Shown: one piece after another, positions 46,501 through 55,713 of the stretch
Numbering within the stretch: the first letter of the stretch is position 1
Layout of the letters: every line of letters starts with the position of its first letter
From: a virus
DNA length: 64,000 nucleotides
Direction: 5' to 3' (one strand)
Virus record (IMG/VR): IMGVR_UViG_3300023184_000039
Location: 1 to 64,000 of that record
Position numbers and translations under genes: made by a program
The notes under the pieces: generated by a model
The model's database searches: none
The model's input: the letters and a program-made list of their open reading frames with translations, nothing else
What the model was told of the DNA's origin: nothing

Positions 46501-48464
46501 CTATCTTTTCTTCCAAGTTCAGAGCCAGAACCAAGCGCTTCCCGTGTTGCTTCTGATTCCAAAAATGATTCAGATGCCGTTGTGGTTGAGTCGTAGGCAC
46601 TAAGTGGTTTGGTGGTGGTCAGGGTATTTTTGTTTTTCTCTATAATTAATCCTGGGGCATTAGGGTCGCCATAGTGTGCAATACCTTTTCCGTCAATGGT
46701 GACGACCCCAGCGGTAACTGACATATTTGCGGTCTCTCGAATACCGTTTGCATTTTGTTCTTGAATCCATCCACCCTTATGGTTTGCTAATCCACGACCA
46801 GCACCAAAGAGCGCACTAAACAAACCAAAAGAACCCATTCCTGAGCCAGCACCACCAATACCTTTTGTGAATTTCTGAACAAATCCAACAAGGCTCGTGA
46901 ACTGTTCAACCAAAACTGTTACACCAGCAATTACTTTGTTTATAAATGGAAGTGCTTGGAAGAATACTTTACGTACCTCGCCACCGTATTCCATAACCTT
47001 TCCAATCAAAACTCCAACCTTCGTACCAAATTCCTCTACGGCTGGTTTCATGTCAAGAAGTTCTTGTCTGAAAGAACCAAACTTTTCTTTTAATTGCGCC
47101 CATATTGGTGAAAAAACATTTTTGAGCATCTGCTCAATAACCCTTGCTCCGTCAATCATCGGTTTTATTTCATCCATTACATTTTTAAAACCCATTTTGA
47201 ACGAGTGCCACCAGTCGCCCATTTTTTTGAACATTCCGATTGTTCCAGGTAGGTAGTTCCTCATTAACCCTACAAAAAAATTGGAAATCTTGTCAACAAC
47301 AACGGAAATCTTGTCAATAAAACCCCCGTTTTGACCAAACCCCATAATTTGTCCCTGCATTCTTAAAATTGTCTTTGAAACAATCTTAAAAACTTGGTCT
47401 AATTCTTTTTTGACGGGAGCCAAGAACGATTGACCAAAATCACCAAATTGCATTTTTAGGCGATTGAAATAGCCTTTAGCCATATTTAGCAATGTTCCAT
47501 TGACTGCCTCAAACTGACCAGTCACACCGCCCAACTCGGCAAGGTGTCCAGACGTGATTGCATTCATTAGGGCTTCTTTACCCTTTTTTCCCGTACCAAG
47601 CTTTTTGTTTTCAAGATTAAATTTACGCATGGCTTCCACCATTGCTGGACCCATTGCTTTTGCTGCCGAACTTATTGAACCAAAAGTTGAACCAGCTTGC
47701 CCACCAGCTTGTTTGACTCTTGTCAATTCCCCAACCAGTGTTGCTGCAGCCTTTGAACCAGCCTTTATGTCCTGGCCAGCGGCAGCAAAATCCATCAAAC
47801 CTTTAAAAAGATTTGAACTATTAGCATCAAATTTTTTAGACTTATTATATATTTCTCCATACGCAGCACCAAGTTCATTCGCTCCAAGAACTGCTAGGTC
47901 GGTATCGCCAGTAAGTAGTCGCATATTTACGCGAGCACTATTCAGATTGGTTTTAAATTCTGTTCTTTGTGCAAAAGCACTTGTATATGCATACATCGCC
48001 GCCTGTTGTTCCCTCATGGCCGCGGCGGCGGTTCCGAGTGCAATGACTAGCCCAGCGACACCCCCAGCGGCCATATGCATGGTTCCCCTGTATGCCTTCA
48101 TAATAAACCCACCAGCAGCAAATGCCGCATGAGCCGCAAGCATCGCAGCAGATAGACCAGCAATCTCAAGTGCTGCCATCTTGGCGCTTGTGGCAACAAA
48201 CTTAATTAAACTTTTTCCGTAACCAACAATCATTTTGTCTACGCTGTCAAAATGATGTTTCCATTTTCGGCTTGTATTTGTTATTAATTTGCTTTCTTCT
48301 TTTCCGTAGTCCTCAAGTTTTGTTGACCTGCTTGCTAGTGCTTTTTCATTCCGACTATGATTTGTCCCCTCGGTTTTTCCCATTGCCTTGAGTTTGGCGG
48401 TGGTTTTGTCAATAGCAGAATCATCTGAGACAACTTTTATTTTTATTAATACATCTTCAGACAT
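43551..48464 (-). CDS. Tape measure protein with C-terminal M15-like peptidase domain
   Basis: 1637 aa, Ala/Gly-rich and helical; follows the tail chaperone; TSAFR...SDHVMGRAYD...HLHV near the C-terminus. Confidence 0.9.
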   Translation of the reverse strand: MSEDVLIKIKVVSDDSAIDKTTAKLKAMGKTEGTNHSRNEKALASRSTKLEDYGKEESKLITNTSRKWKHHFDSVDKMIVGYGKSLIKFVATSAKMAALEIAGLSAAMLAAHAAFAAGGFIMKAYRGTMHMAAGGVAGLVIALGTAAAAMREQQAAMYAYTSAFAQRTEFKTNLNSARVNMRLLTGDTDLAVLGANELGAAYGEIYNKSKKFDANSSNLFKGLMDFAAAGQDIKAGSKAAATLVGELTRVKQAGGQAGSTFGSISSAAKAMGPAMVEAMRKFNLENKKLGTGKKGKEALMNAITSGHLAELGGVTGQFEAVNGTLLNMAKGYFNRLKMQFGDFGQSFLAPVKKELDQVFKIVSKTILRMQGQIMGFGQNGGFIDKISVVVDKISNFFVGLMRNYLPGTIGMFKKMGDWWHSFKMGFKNVMDEIKPMIDGARVIEQMLKNVFSPIWAQLKEKFGSFRQELLDMKPAVEEFGTKVGVLIGKVMEYGGEVRKVFFQALPFINKVIAGVTVLVEQFTSLVGFVQKFTKGIGGAGSGMGSFGLFSALFGAGRGLANHKGGWIQEQNANGIRETANMSVTAGVVTIDGKGIAHYGDPNAPGLIIEKNKNTLTTTKPLSAYDSTTTASESFLESEATREALGSGSELGRKDRGDALKDWKHRGSAADIAAEKEAALSAHEAKTGRKRGDDFYYKGRKVNYTARDLADPITVNGEKTTGPSTGVFVPKESRVNPVNGRKTLTANGRIISRRESVSRFFGESQRHGESGFQGDTGFKNFYDRKIRDTRFGQGLQGAGTRYTQRLMRNRNYIDPTVGSDGTSDNAGFRLRVNNTTSSVFNPKGFIGKRVNRFYQGGMYNNYFSAQSGDPDNQGPVNRTKLGRGITNMKAGFRNSRQSRMGQNIFGSKTKRGFNNSATAGIGTSLGMGLLSSKMDESAQGSMALGAGLASTNPLLGLGIGFGGAALNSKTGKGGAVLGAAAGAAIGTMIAPGIGTAIGTVVGAIAGGVKGYFNRINNEKTGARKAVSDITKDVYSKQMKIAGVKIANQNGIGQSSIKDVLSNTQASQQELANRANSLQFATTDEKTKFITDLYKNKQGNGTQGMTEDDYKNALKQKDVFLGKLGDMNSPENRANRAMDDQYKKRLKELTKITGLSEMGVENLARSMDFNLMDPMKSFTDVIDGLGIAAVKTTAQMQGMQIDNLVNNLDVFDKAINNIEAPQILDEKGAVFNSKLNATAGIKDKDILEFFKSAIPDIATLAGGGFNGILSAKSMFGKGGSAFSQIDAKTGVKGYLYGQQEKIYGTDAAPTSAGQVLTKYLDDATKGATAITASNLNNTLLAGNGKAGNRYSVNADLMSSKLIQMSNGDASQQANAKALNSAIEQGTMFQGVDMSNQDAVTKALSSYGLQPADVGLQRVATDEQMITNLEDIKGSTGDMATALKDFTADFSAFFASDKQGPEWFTTEAFQKLIDKLHGDTSSPRGKGIGDTTSSRLETTMARHASINSQLGGSRTMTSAFRTTGLGSPSSDHVMGRAYDLTGQQLGAYAGLVRDGGGFAEFHGRGGDRHLHVVPGPGSGAIGDTMSPISFGAARTSGGGGTSISNSYTVNVSGANANVQEIASMVVRKIKDMNNNERQRS

Positions 48465-48507
48465 TTACAACCCCATTGGAAAGGAAGACCAGCAATAAAG
48501 TTCTAAA

Positions 48508-48695
48508 TTAGGCTTTTTTTGCTTCAGCCTCGCGGTCGTTCTGTATAACTTTACCACAAGCAAGCCGTATCATCCACTCGTCTTCAGTGCAGTTAAGTAA
48601 CTGAATGGGGTCTGTGCCGAACAATTCTCCCAACCGAGCAGCCGCAACCACTCGGTTGTCGTCAACTAGTTCGTCGAAGACCCCTTCGAGGGGTC
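48508..48695 (-). CDS. Tail assembly chaperone extension (-1 frame, probable programmed frameshift product)
   Basis: Open -1 frame EGVFDELVDDNRVVAAARLGELFGTDPIQLL...EAKKA* overlaps the chaperone 3' end and ends 43 nt before the TMP start. Confidence 0.65.
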
Positions 48696-49220
48696 CGTTG
48701 CCTCAATTGTGTCTGAATATCCAGACGCGTCAAGAATTGCAAGTGCTGCTGATTCAACGTGTGGGTCAAGAGCAAAGAACGAACGAACCGCATCTGGAAT
48801 TGGTCTTGTTTGGCTTGTCATTGACAAAACAGCAGGTGATGCAAAATTTAATTCGTAACCGTCTTCATCATAGACTTCTGTATCGTCAAAAATGATTCCT
48901 TGTGTTGTATTTCCGATTACCCATGCTGCGAATTTTGTTGCATCCATTCCAGCGCGAGTGTCATCGCCAGCGCTTTTACGCCAGTTCTTAATCTGCTGCT
49001 GGGTGATATTTGGGCTGATTCGCAGTTTTACACCCTTGCGCTCTGGGACATCAATGTAGACATCTGGGCGAGAAACTTTTTCCCTAATGGTTGCGGTCAG
49101 TTTTCCAAGAACGGTGGGTTCTAAATCAGCGGCAGTTTTTGCCTTTTGTGCAATGCTCTTTGATTCCTTTGGTTCTACTGGAACCACGGGTGTATCTTCT
49201 GAGTAAATTTCATTTGCCAT
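48666..49220 (-). CDS. Tail assembly chaperone
   Basis: Lies between tail tube and tape measure. Confidence 0.75.
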   Translation of the reverse strand: MANEIYSEDTPVVPVEPKESKSIAQKAKTAADLEPTVLGKLTATIREKVSRPDVYIDVPERKGVKLRISPNITQQQIKNWRKSAGDDTRAGMDATKFAAWVIGNTTQGIIFDDTEVYDEDGYELNFASPAVLSMTSQTRPIPDAVRSFFALDPHVESAALAILDASGYSDTIEATDPSKGSSTN

Positions 49221-49324
49221 TAGGGTTATTCCTTTGTTGTTGGGTGACTATGCACGAAACTAGCACGATACATACACCATTCAGGGGAACTCCCTATATA
49301 ACAAAACCCTACAATTAAGGGGTA

Positions 49325-49810
49325 TTAGGCGTTTGCGCCACCTGGTGCAGTTGGAGGACTCACATCACTGATTGAGAATGTAAGAGCAAATGTTGCTGGG
49401 GCACCAGAAGATGAATCACCATCTGGTTCAGTCAAACCAACAAGAAGGGCATTGCCGTAAACACGGTCGGTTCCCTTGACCTCAATATTGCAATCATAGG
49501 TCTTAATGTTGACATTGTAGAAGGCTGAGCCAACAAGCGGACGCAATTGACGAATCTTCCTTGCAAGACCATCACGACCGCCCTCGGCTGATTCAATGTC
49601 ATCGTAATGAGCAGTCAGGGTCACATCGCCAATTTCTGATGGAGCACAAAGCACCGTTGGTCTTTTTTGTCCACCCTCGTAAATTTTTTCAACAGACGCA
49701 GTAATTTCGCCACCAGAAACTTGAGCAAATCTAAATAACTCAAATTGTGGATGCGTTGTATCAACTGGTGCGATGTCGGCAAGAATTTGCCTTTGGGCTA
49801 CTTTGGCCAT
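49325..49810 (-). CDS. Tail tube protein
   Basis: FAQVSGGEI...YEGG......GDVTLT...D.SS...A...LTF (T4 gp19-like); follows the sheath. Confidence 0.85.
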   Translation of the reverse strand: MAKVAQRQILADIAPVDTTHPQFELFRFAQVSGGEITASVEKIYEGGQKRPTVLCAPSEIGDVTLTAHYDDIESAEGGRDGLARKIRQLRPLVGSAFYNVNIKTYDCNIEVKGTDRVYGNALLVGLTEPDGDSSSGAPATFALTFSISDVSPPTAPGGANA

Positions 49811-49829
49811 TTTGTTGCTCCTCTATTGC

Positions 49830-51299
49830 TTAGATTACTGATGTTGTCAGGTTGGACTTGATGATGTTTACTTCAATTTTGTCGCCAACACTGGAGACAC
49901 GAACACCAACTCTTGCCTTGACGAGTCCAGTTGCCAATTGTGACACTGGGTTTAGGGATGCATCGCACTTAACCGTGTACCCAAAGTCAATGCGCCTACC
50001 ATTGGCATCAAATGCCTCGTATAGGGCACCAGCAATGCGTGCTTGCTCAAGAACTGCAATGAGTTTTGCTTCAACACTGGCGAACGAATTGTTGCGACCG
50101 TCAATAGTCGAGAATACCACAGACTCCAATGCCTTGTAACCATCAACAACAATTCCGTTGACAATATCTTGTGCATTGATGTATCGGAAGTTACTGGAAT
50201 CTGGTGAGAGCGAACGTGCTCCATAGATTCTCACACTGTTTGAAATTACGCGAATGGCATTAACACATTCGTCGTCAAGTAGGTCTCCAGCAGTTTTGTC
50301 AATGTCGGTTACGACACCAGTAATAAAACGGGCAGTTGAATGCAAACCAGCATATGGTTGATGTGCACCCGTTGCATTTACCGCAGCCGAGCGCTTTCCA
50401 CAAGCATAACCATCTGGTGGAATGAGGCGATTCACGCCAGCAACCGATGTTGGTGCATATACCCATGGGTAGTACAATGCGGCATGCTCTGTGTTTGCAA
50501 CATCCGCTGTAATAGCACGAGCAAATGTTTTAATCGTAGAAATGCTTGCATCTGATGCTCCGTGAAGAATCGCAATACGATTAGTTGCATTTGCATGTGT
50601 GACAAGTGCGGTGTTTACTTCAGTACCCGTGCCATCTGGGCATGAAACTGCACCAGTTCCGAACGAGTCGTTGAAAAGGTCCAACGCAGTAGCAATTTGT
50701 GTTTGTGTGGAAGCAGAACCATTTGCACCAGTTGCTAGGGTTCGTGTTGCCGGTGCAGCGATAAGGGCGGCGCTTACACCGATGGTTGCAATGATGTACT
50801 TGCTTGCAACCAAGCTGGAGTTAATCTTGCCGACAATTTGCTCGTTTGTGTCGCAGTTGAATGTGTTGAACAACAGTGTTCCAGCATAATAAATTTTTGC
50901 AGTGACAGAACCAGTTTTTGTTCCAGCAGCAACAACACAAGAAAGGTCGTTGCCCCAAGTACCAGGGCCGTTTGCGGTAAGGGTAAAGGCAACGAGTGGA
51001 ACGCTGGGTGTCGCATCAAGAACCGTAATGGTTGCCGATACAGCAGACGTTTGAGCCGAACGAGCGATATAACATTGAGTGCCACCCTCTTCAAAAAATG
51101 CCTCAACCGTTGGATACATCATTGATGCTGATGTGTATGGGCCATAGATAGCCGAAAATTCCTCAAGGCTCGTTACGAGTCTTGCACCAGACACCGGACC
51201 ACGCGGACAAATCCCAGCAAAGAATGCCTGTGATGCTTCTCGTGCGGTCGGTGTTGACGGACCAGTTCTTACTGCAGTGTTGATTATTACGCCTGGCAT
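49830..51299 (-). CDS. Tail sheath protein
   Basis: MPGV, GPV..ARLVTS..EF...YG, FFEEGG..CYI.R, GPGTWGN, ALYYPWV, IPPDG, IYGARSL. Confidence 0.95.
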   Translation of the reverse strand: MPGVIINTAVRTGPSTPTAREASQAFFAGICPRGPVSGARLVTSLEEFSAIYGPYTSASMMYPTVEAFFEEGGTQCYIARSAQTSAVSATITVLDATPSVPLVAFTLTANGPGTWGNDLSCVVAAGTKTGSVTAKIYYAGTLLFNTFNCDTNEQIVGKINSSLVASKYIIATIGVSAALIAAPATRTLATGANGSASTQTQIATALDLFNDSFGTGAVSCPDGTGTEVNTALVTHANATNRIAILHGASDASISTIKTFARAITADVANTEHAALYYPWVYAPTSVAGVNRLIPPDGYACGKRSAAVNATGAHQPYAGLHSTARFITGVVTDIDKTAGDLLDDECVNAIRVISNSVRIYGARSLSPDSSNFRYINAQDIVNGIVVDGYKALESVVFSTIDGRNNSFASVEAKLIAVLEQARIAGALYEAFDANGRRIDFGYTVKCDASLNPVSQLATGLVKARVGVRVSSVGDKIEVNIIKSNLTTSVI

Positions 51300-51308
51300 G
51301 ACACCTCG

Positions 51309-51722
51309 CTAGTTTTTCGTCAATGACGATTTTTCGTCATTGGTTTCAATAGATTGTACCCAATCTTTGGGTTGTGCTGGTGCAACTTCTACAAATTGAT
51401 TATCTGGCGATGCAATAACAGCTGATGGCTCATCCACTGCTGGATTATTGTCTTTTGCAACAACAGAACCCTTCTTCGTTTTTTCGCACTGAACAGATGA
51501 TGCATCAACCGAGGATGTGAGTATTCCACTCTCCAAAAACGGCTTTGTATAGATTGAGCAGCATAGGTCGTTGGCATCCATGAGGACAGAACCGTGTGCT
51601 GGTATGACATGACCCTCATCGCAGGCAGTGACCGAATGCTCTGAAATATTGTGCACGACGACGAGAGACTTGTCCGCACTTGGCGTTTGTCCCTTTTCAA
51701 ACCACTCAAATTTTTTGCACAT
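51309..51722 (-). CDS. Hypothetical protein
   Basis: GAGG RBS; in the tail operon. Confidence 0.6.
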   Translation of the reverse strand: MCKKFEWFEKGQTPSADKSLVVVHNISEHSVTACDEGHVIPAHGSVLMDANDLCCSIYTKPFLESGILTSSVDASSVQCEKTKKGSVVAKDNNPAVDEPSAVIASPDNQFVEVAPAQPKDWVQSIETNDEKSSLTKN

Positions 51723-51765
51723 GCACTACCTCTTGCTGTTGGATGTTCAATTATACACAATTATT

Positions 51766-52377
51766 TTAATTATCAAGCAAAAGAGGGTCCTGCTGAATCT
51801 TGTTCTGTTTTACTTTCAGGTCAATCTCTGAAACTGTTCCGAGTGACTCCCTAGCAACTATTTCATCAATCGTAATATCGTAAGAAAGGTATGCTCCAGC
51901 CAAAAATCGGTCGCCCTTGAGCGGGGTTAGGTCGGAAAATTCTTCCCTTAATGAGGTTGCATCTATTCTTGCTAGCCATGATTCCCGAGCATCTGATGCT
52001 TTCATTGATGGGTAATCCAGCAGAGCCGAACGAACAACAGTCGTTAATCTGTCGCGCATTTGAGTTACCAATTTTGCCGAATCTGCTCGCGCCCATACAT
52101 ACGTTCTCATGGAATACGTAACCCTAAAAATTGGGTCAAGTCTGTCGTAGTCAATTCCATCAAATTTTGTAGTAGATATCGCTACGGTTATGAGTGTTGG
52201 CCACTCATCAAGGGCAATCGGCTCGTGCGTTAGAAATTTAATGGGTGTTGGCAACTGTATGTCATCCAGTGACCAACCATTCCTGTAAGAAACCATTCGA
52301 TTCGGAATATCCGACATGAGATAGGAGTTCACATAGTCTTTGGCAAATTGCGGGCCATGCATTAGGTCAATGGTCAT
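51766..52377 (-). CDS. Tail terminator / completion protein (putative)
   Basis: Position between neck gene and sheath; alpha/beta pattern. Confidence 0.55.
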   Translation of the reverse strand: MTIDLMHGPQFAKDYVNSYLMSDIPNRMVSYRNGWSLDDIQLPTPIKFLTHEPIALDEWPTLITVAISTTKFDGIDYDRLDPIFRVTYSMRTYVWARADSAKLVTQMRDRLTTVVRSALLDYPSMKASDARESWLARIDATSLREEFSDLTPLKGDRFLAGAYLSYDITIDEIVARESLGTVSEIDLKVKQNKIQQDPLLLDN

Positions 52378-52379
52378 AA

Positions 52380-52868
52380 CTAACCAGCCATCATACTAAA
52401 TGGGCCAAATTTTCCATTTGTTTGGTAGGCGGCGGCGGTATTGGCAAGCCTTCTGGCAAATAGTGGCGGCTCAAATACAATTTTTCTTTTTGGCATTTTA
52501 GTGGTTCCGTATTGATGAAATTTTGCATATTCAACAGATGTTCCGAATTGTGCATGATGTGTTCCAATAACATTTGGGCTACCTTGCAGACTAGACAAAC
52601 TTCTAAACAAACGACCAGTTCTTACCATTGTAGGCATACCGGGGAAGTGTGTCATTTTCCACGAACCATAGCCTGCATCAAGGGCATTCCAAACAGAACC
52701 AGATGGAAGTCCGTTCTGTGCGAAGTTTGCAGCATTCCATGCTCTCATCGCAAGTTTGGCTTCTTCAAAAACGGGTGTAAAATTCTTTCCTCTTTTTTTT
52801 ATTTCATCTAAAGATAAAACGACTTTTTTCTCGTGAACTTCAATTTTGACCTTCGTATAGCGAGCCAT
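52380..52868 (-). CDS. Virion morphogenesis (neck / tail completion) protein
   Basis: NF...G.P....W..L; L.RTGRL..SL; GT.VEYA.FHQYGT.KMPKR. Confidence 0.85.
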   Translation of the reverse strand: MARYTKVKIEVHEKKVVLSLDEIKKRGKNFTPVFEEAKLAMRAWNAANFAQNGLPSGSVWNALDAGYGSWKMTHFPGMPTMVRTGRLFRSLSSLQGSPNVIGTHHAQFGTSVEYAKFHQYGTTKMPKRKIVFEPPLFARRLANTAAAYQTNGKFGPFSMMAG

Positions 52869-53740
52869 TAGGAAATACGGTTTCTTCTAAATTTCTTCAA
52901 TGCCATTAGTTCAGACTCAAGGAATCCCGTGGTTAGTGGAGCAACATCTCTTGGGTTAAGTTCCTTTATACCAACAACATCATCATGCATGTTTTGTATT
53001 TCACGGCTTACTGCCCTCAGAATCATTAATTTAAAAACTGGAAGCGCCACCCCATCAAGCCCAGCGGTGTAGGTGATTGTCAACAGGTCGTCGGCAGCAC
53101 CCATGAAAAAGTCAATTCCAAATTTTCTCACTACGTAATCAGAACCGTTGACCATGGTCTTTCCTAGCGTGATAACGGTTCCCGACGTATTCGCAGTAAG
53201 ACCAATATTGGCATTTGTTTTTGCATAAGAGATTGTTGATTGTGTTCTAGCAGTAACCACAAATTGACCGTTAAATACGGAGTTCGTACAATCCGAAACC
53301 TTTATCGTGTCTCCGACCACAACTGGGTGGAGTCCAGAAACTGTCAATGTTGCAACATTTGACGTCAGTTGGATATGTGTGGTCGTCATTGTCTTGCGAA
53401 GTGGGGTGTAGAGAACTTTACTCACTGAGACAACTGGGGAATTGGTCAGGTATACAGTCCGTGGCGGTTCGACCCACGACTGCTGGGGGACACTGGATGA
53501 ACTGTAATAAGATGTTCCCCATGCCGTTGAGTTTTGGAAAAATGAGCCTTGCGGGACACCAAGATGGTCGGATGGAACTCGCACCATCTCTGTAAATTCC
53601 GAGACCTCTATGGGGCGACGCAGATATGCCTCAAGTTCTCCTTGGACACCATTGATGATGAGTTCGGCCGCATCCATCTGCCTATTGCTCAATGCAATAT
53701 CCATATATGTCTTTACTTCAGATACAGTAACTAAAGCCAT
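52868..53740 (-). CDS. Head-tail connector (adaptor) with inserted beta-domain
   Basis: LVTVSEVKTYM...E.E.YLRR; PVVSVS; ITYTAG; internal insert at about 53165-53389. Confidence 0.8.
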   Translation of the reverse strand: MALVTVSEVKTYMDIALSNRQMDAAELIINGVQGELEAYLRRPIEVSEFTEMVRVPSDHLGVPQGSFFQNSTAWGTSYYSSSSVPQQSWVEPPRTVYLTNSPVVSVSKVLYTPLRKTMTTTHIQLTSNVATLTVSGLHPVVVGDTIKVSDCTNSVFNGQFVVTARTQSTISYAKTNANIGLTANTSGTVITLGKTMVNGSDYVVRKFGIDFFMGAADDLLTITYTAGLDGVALPVFKLMILRAVSREIQNMHDDVVGIKELNPRDVAPLTTGFLESELMALKKFRRNRIS

Positions 53741-53754
53741 TTAAGCCTCCCCAA

Positions 53755-53970
53755 TTACAATACGCTTGGTGGGCCACCAAGTGTATTTTGTACTGAGCGA
53801 CGTCCTGCCCTAAAGTCCCCACGCCTTGAACGAGCAGATTTCCTAGGTTTCATCAAATCCCTGGTTCCCATTCGGAATTTACCCTTTTGGAAAAATTGCG
53901 AAGCCCTGCCGATGCGCTTGAGTAGACTGGTTCCTTCTTCTCCGCCAATTCCTGGGGTGGGCATGAACAT
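53755..53970 (-). CDS. Small Arg/Lys-rich protein
   Basis: GGAG RBS; KPRKSARSRRGDFRAGRRS. Confidence 0.6.
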   Translation of the reverse strand: MFMPTPGIGGEEGTSLLKRIGRASQFFQKGKFRMGTRDLMKPRKSARSRRGDFRAGRRSVQNTLGGPPSVL

Positions 53971-54029
53971 TCTCCAAACTGTAAGTAATTACAGGTTAGA
54001 TTTTACCATCTAATCAACCTACGGGGTTA

Positions 54030-54575
54030 TCACCTATCTGGGTTGGGTGGAACCTCAACGGAAATATCATTAACCACGGCCGCTGAAATCTCAATTGGAA
54101 CCCAAGCACGAGAGTATGTGTGTTGAGAAATTTTCCTTATTTTGATGAGTGTTCCCTCAAGTAGCAATTCTAGTTCGTCGTGTTTCATGCAAAAAATTCT
54201 TTCAAACTCCGAGGTCGTAATGGCTCCAGAAAACGATAATTTTTTTACTATTCCAGAAAGCCTCTTGGCAACAAGGCTCCCCCGACCACGATTCATTTGG
54301 ACATGAAGCACCATGGCTTGAAGCGCGCCGCAGTCCATGTAGACAACAGGAACGACACCACCAAGTTTTAGTTTGATATGCGGGTTTTGCGATGCCAAAT
54401 AGAATCTTTGATGACCGTCAATTATTTCCCCGGTAGATTTCCTAATCAATAACGGCGAAAGTATTCCATTGTCAAATATTGATGCCGATAAGACCAGTAG
54501 GTCTGGCCGGAGTATGTAGTTTGCTGCCCATTCGGATGGTTTAATTTTGGTAATCTCAACCATTTCAACTTTCAT
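54030..54575 (-). CDS. ParB/Srx N-terminal domain protein (IbrB-like)
   Basis: SI...GI..P+++......EIIDGHQR; +NR.RG; coupled to the PAPS-reductase-family gene. Confidence 0.8.
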   Translation of the reverse strand: MKVEMVEITKIKPSEWAANYILRPDLLVLSASIFDNGILSPLLIRKSTGEIIDGHQRFYLASQNPHIKLKLGGVVPVVYMDCGALQAMVLHVQMNRGRGSLVAKRLSGIVKKLSFSGAITTSEFERIFCMKHDELELLLEGTLIKIRKISQHTYSRAWVPIEISAAVVNDISVEVPPNPDR

Positions 54576-55704
54576 CTAATACAACCTCAATCATTTCTGT
54601 TTGTCTGACTGTGTGCGCTCTTGTCCCTGGGCCTATCGGCGATGCTGATGTCACATTGATTTCATTAAGCAAGAGGTTCCTGATGAGCCAATTAATTGGA
54701 TATGAATGTGGGTCCATGTTGTGTTTACTTCTAAACTGTGAAACAAAAGCTCGCGCACGACGTTGCTTTGTTTCCCCCATTATGAATTCATCTATAAATC
54801 TTCCAGCACCAGAAAAACCTTCAGATGAATACATTGATATCAAACCCTCCACATCAAATTCCGACCACATTCTTCTTTGGGAATCAATTCGTGGATACAC
54901 CTCAACCAACCTGTCATAAAATTCTGGCTCCGTAGCAACGACATCACCTATCCTGCGAATCGCCACAGAATGTAGGGGTATACCAACCCTCGTGTTGCTC
55001 CCAGTGATTGCAGCCAAATCGTAGTACTCGCAATATTCTGCCCCATGTTCTTCCGTAATAAATTTGAGGACATCGTCCATCTGCCAGTCGTAAATAACTT
55101 TTGCAAACCTTAAGGGTATTCCCTTTTTCATTTTGAACGGTATGACAATGTAATTTTCGTGCAACTTCTGCACACACGAGCGATACCGAATCATTGATTC
55201 GTTTGCCCTTACTCCGGTAATAAATGCAACTCGCCCAGTTTTTCCTTGCATTGTGTAGTAGTCAACAGATTCAGGAAGAGCCTTCTCGTGCGTCAATCCA
55301 AAATGGTTTGCATTGATTGCAAAATCCGGCATTGGTCTAATCCACTCACCGGAAAGCCTTCTTCTCTCGCTCCACAGAATTGCCGATTCCCTTCGACCAA
55401 GAATCCATATTTCTGCACCGTACGGGAGGCAGTACCACTCCATGTCAACCCAGTCGTAGTCACGAACCTTCATTACATAGTCAATGACCGTTGGACTCAC
55501 CATTTCCTCGTCACGAAAAATTACCTTTACCGGACCCAGACCGCGTTCTTCGTGAATCTCTTTGGCAAGATATAAAACAGCAGTTGAATCTTTCCCTCCA
55601 GAGAACTGAACACAGACTGTGTCAAATGTGTCGTAAACATGCCTCATTCGTGCGCGAGCCGCATCAACGCATGACATGTCCAGAAACATTCGCTGTCTTG
55701 TCAT
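54565..55704 (-). CDS. PAPS reductase family protein (IbrA / DUF3440-like)
   Basis: AARARM....DTFD..CV.FSGGKDS PP-loop; F.DEE; W.CLP; GVRANES..R; IYDW...DV; RV..P. Confidence 0.85.
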   Translation of the reverse strand: MTRQRMFLDMSCVDAARARMRHVYDTFDTVCVQFSGGKDSTAVLYLAKEIHEERGLGPVKVIFRDEEMVSPTVIDYVMKVRDYDWVDMEWYCLPYGAEIWILGRRESAILWSERRRLSGEWIRPMPDFAINANHFGLTHEKALPESVDYYTMQGKTGRVAFITGVRANESMIRYRSCVQKLHENYIVIPFKMKKGIPLRFAKVIYDWQMDDVLKFITEEHGAEYCEYYDLAAITGSNTRVGIPLHSVAIRRIGDVVATEPEFYDRLVEVYPRIDSQRRMWSEFDVEGLISMYSSEGFSGAGRFIDEFIMGETKQRRARAFVSQFRSKHNMDPHSYPINWLIRNLLLNEINVTSASPIGPGTRAHTVRQTEMIEVVLDES

Positions 55705-55713
55705 TGTTGTTTA

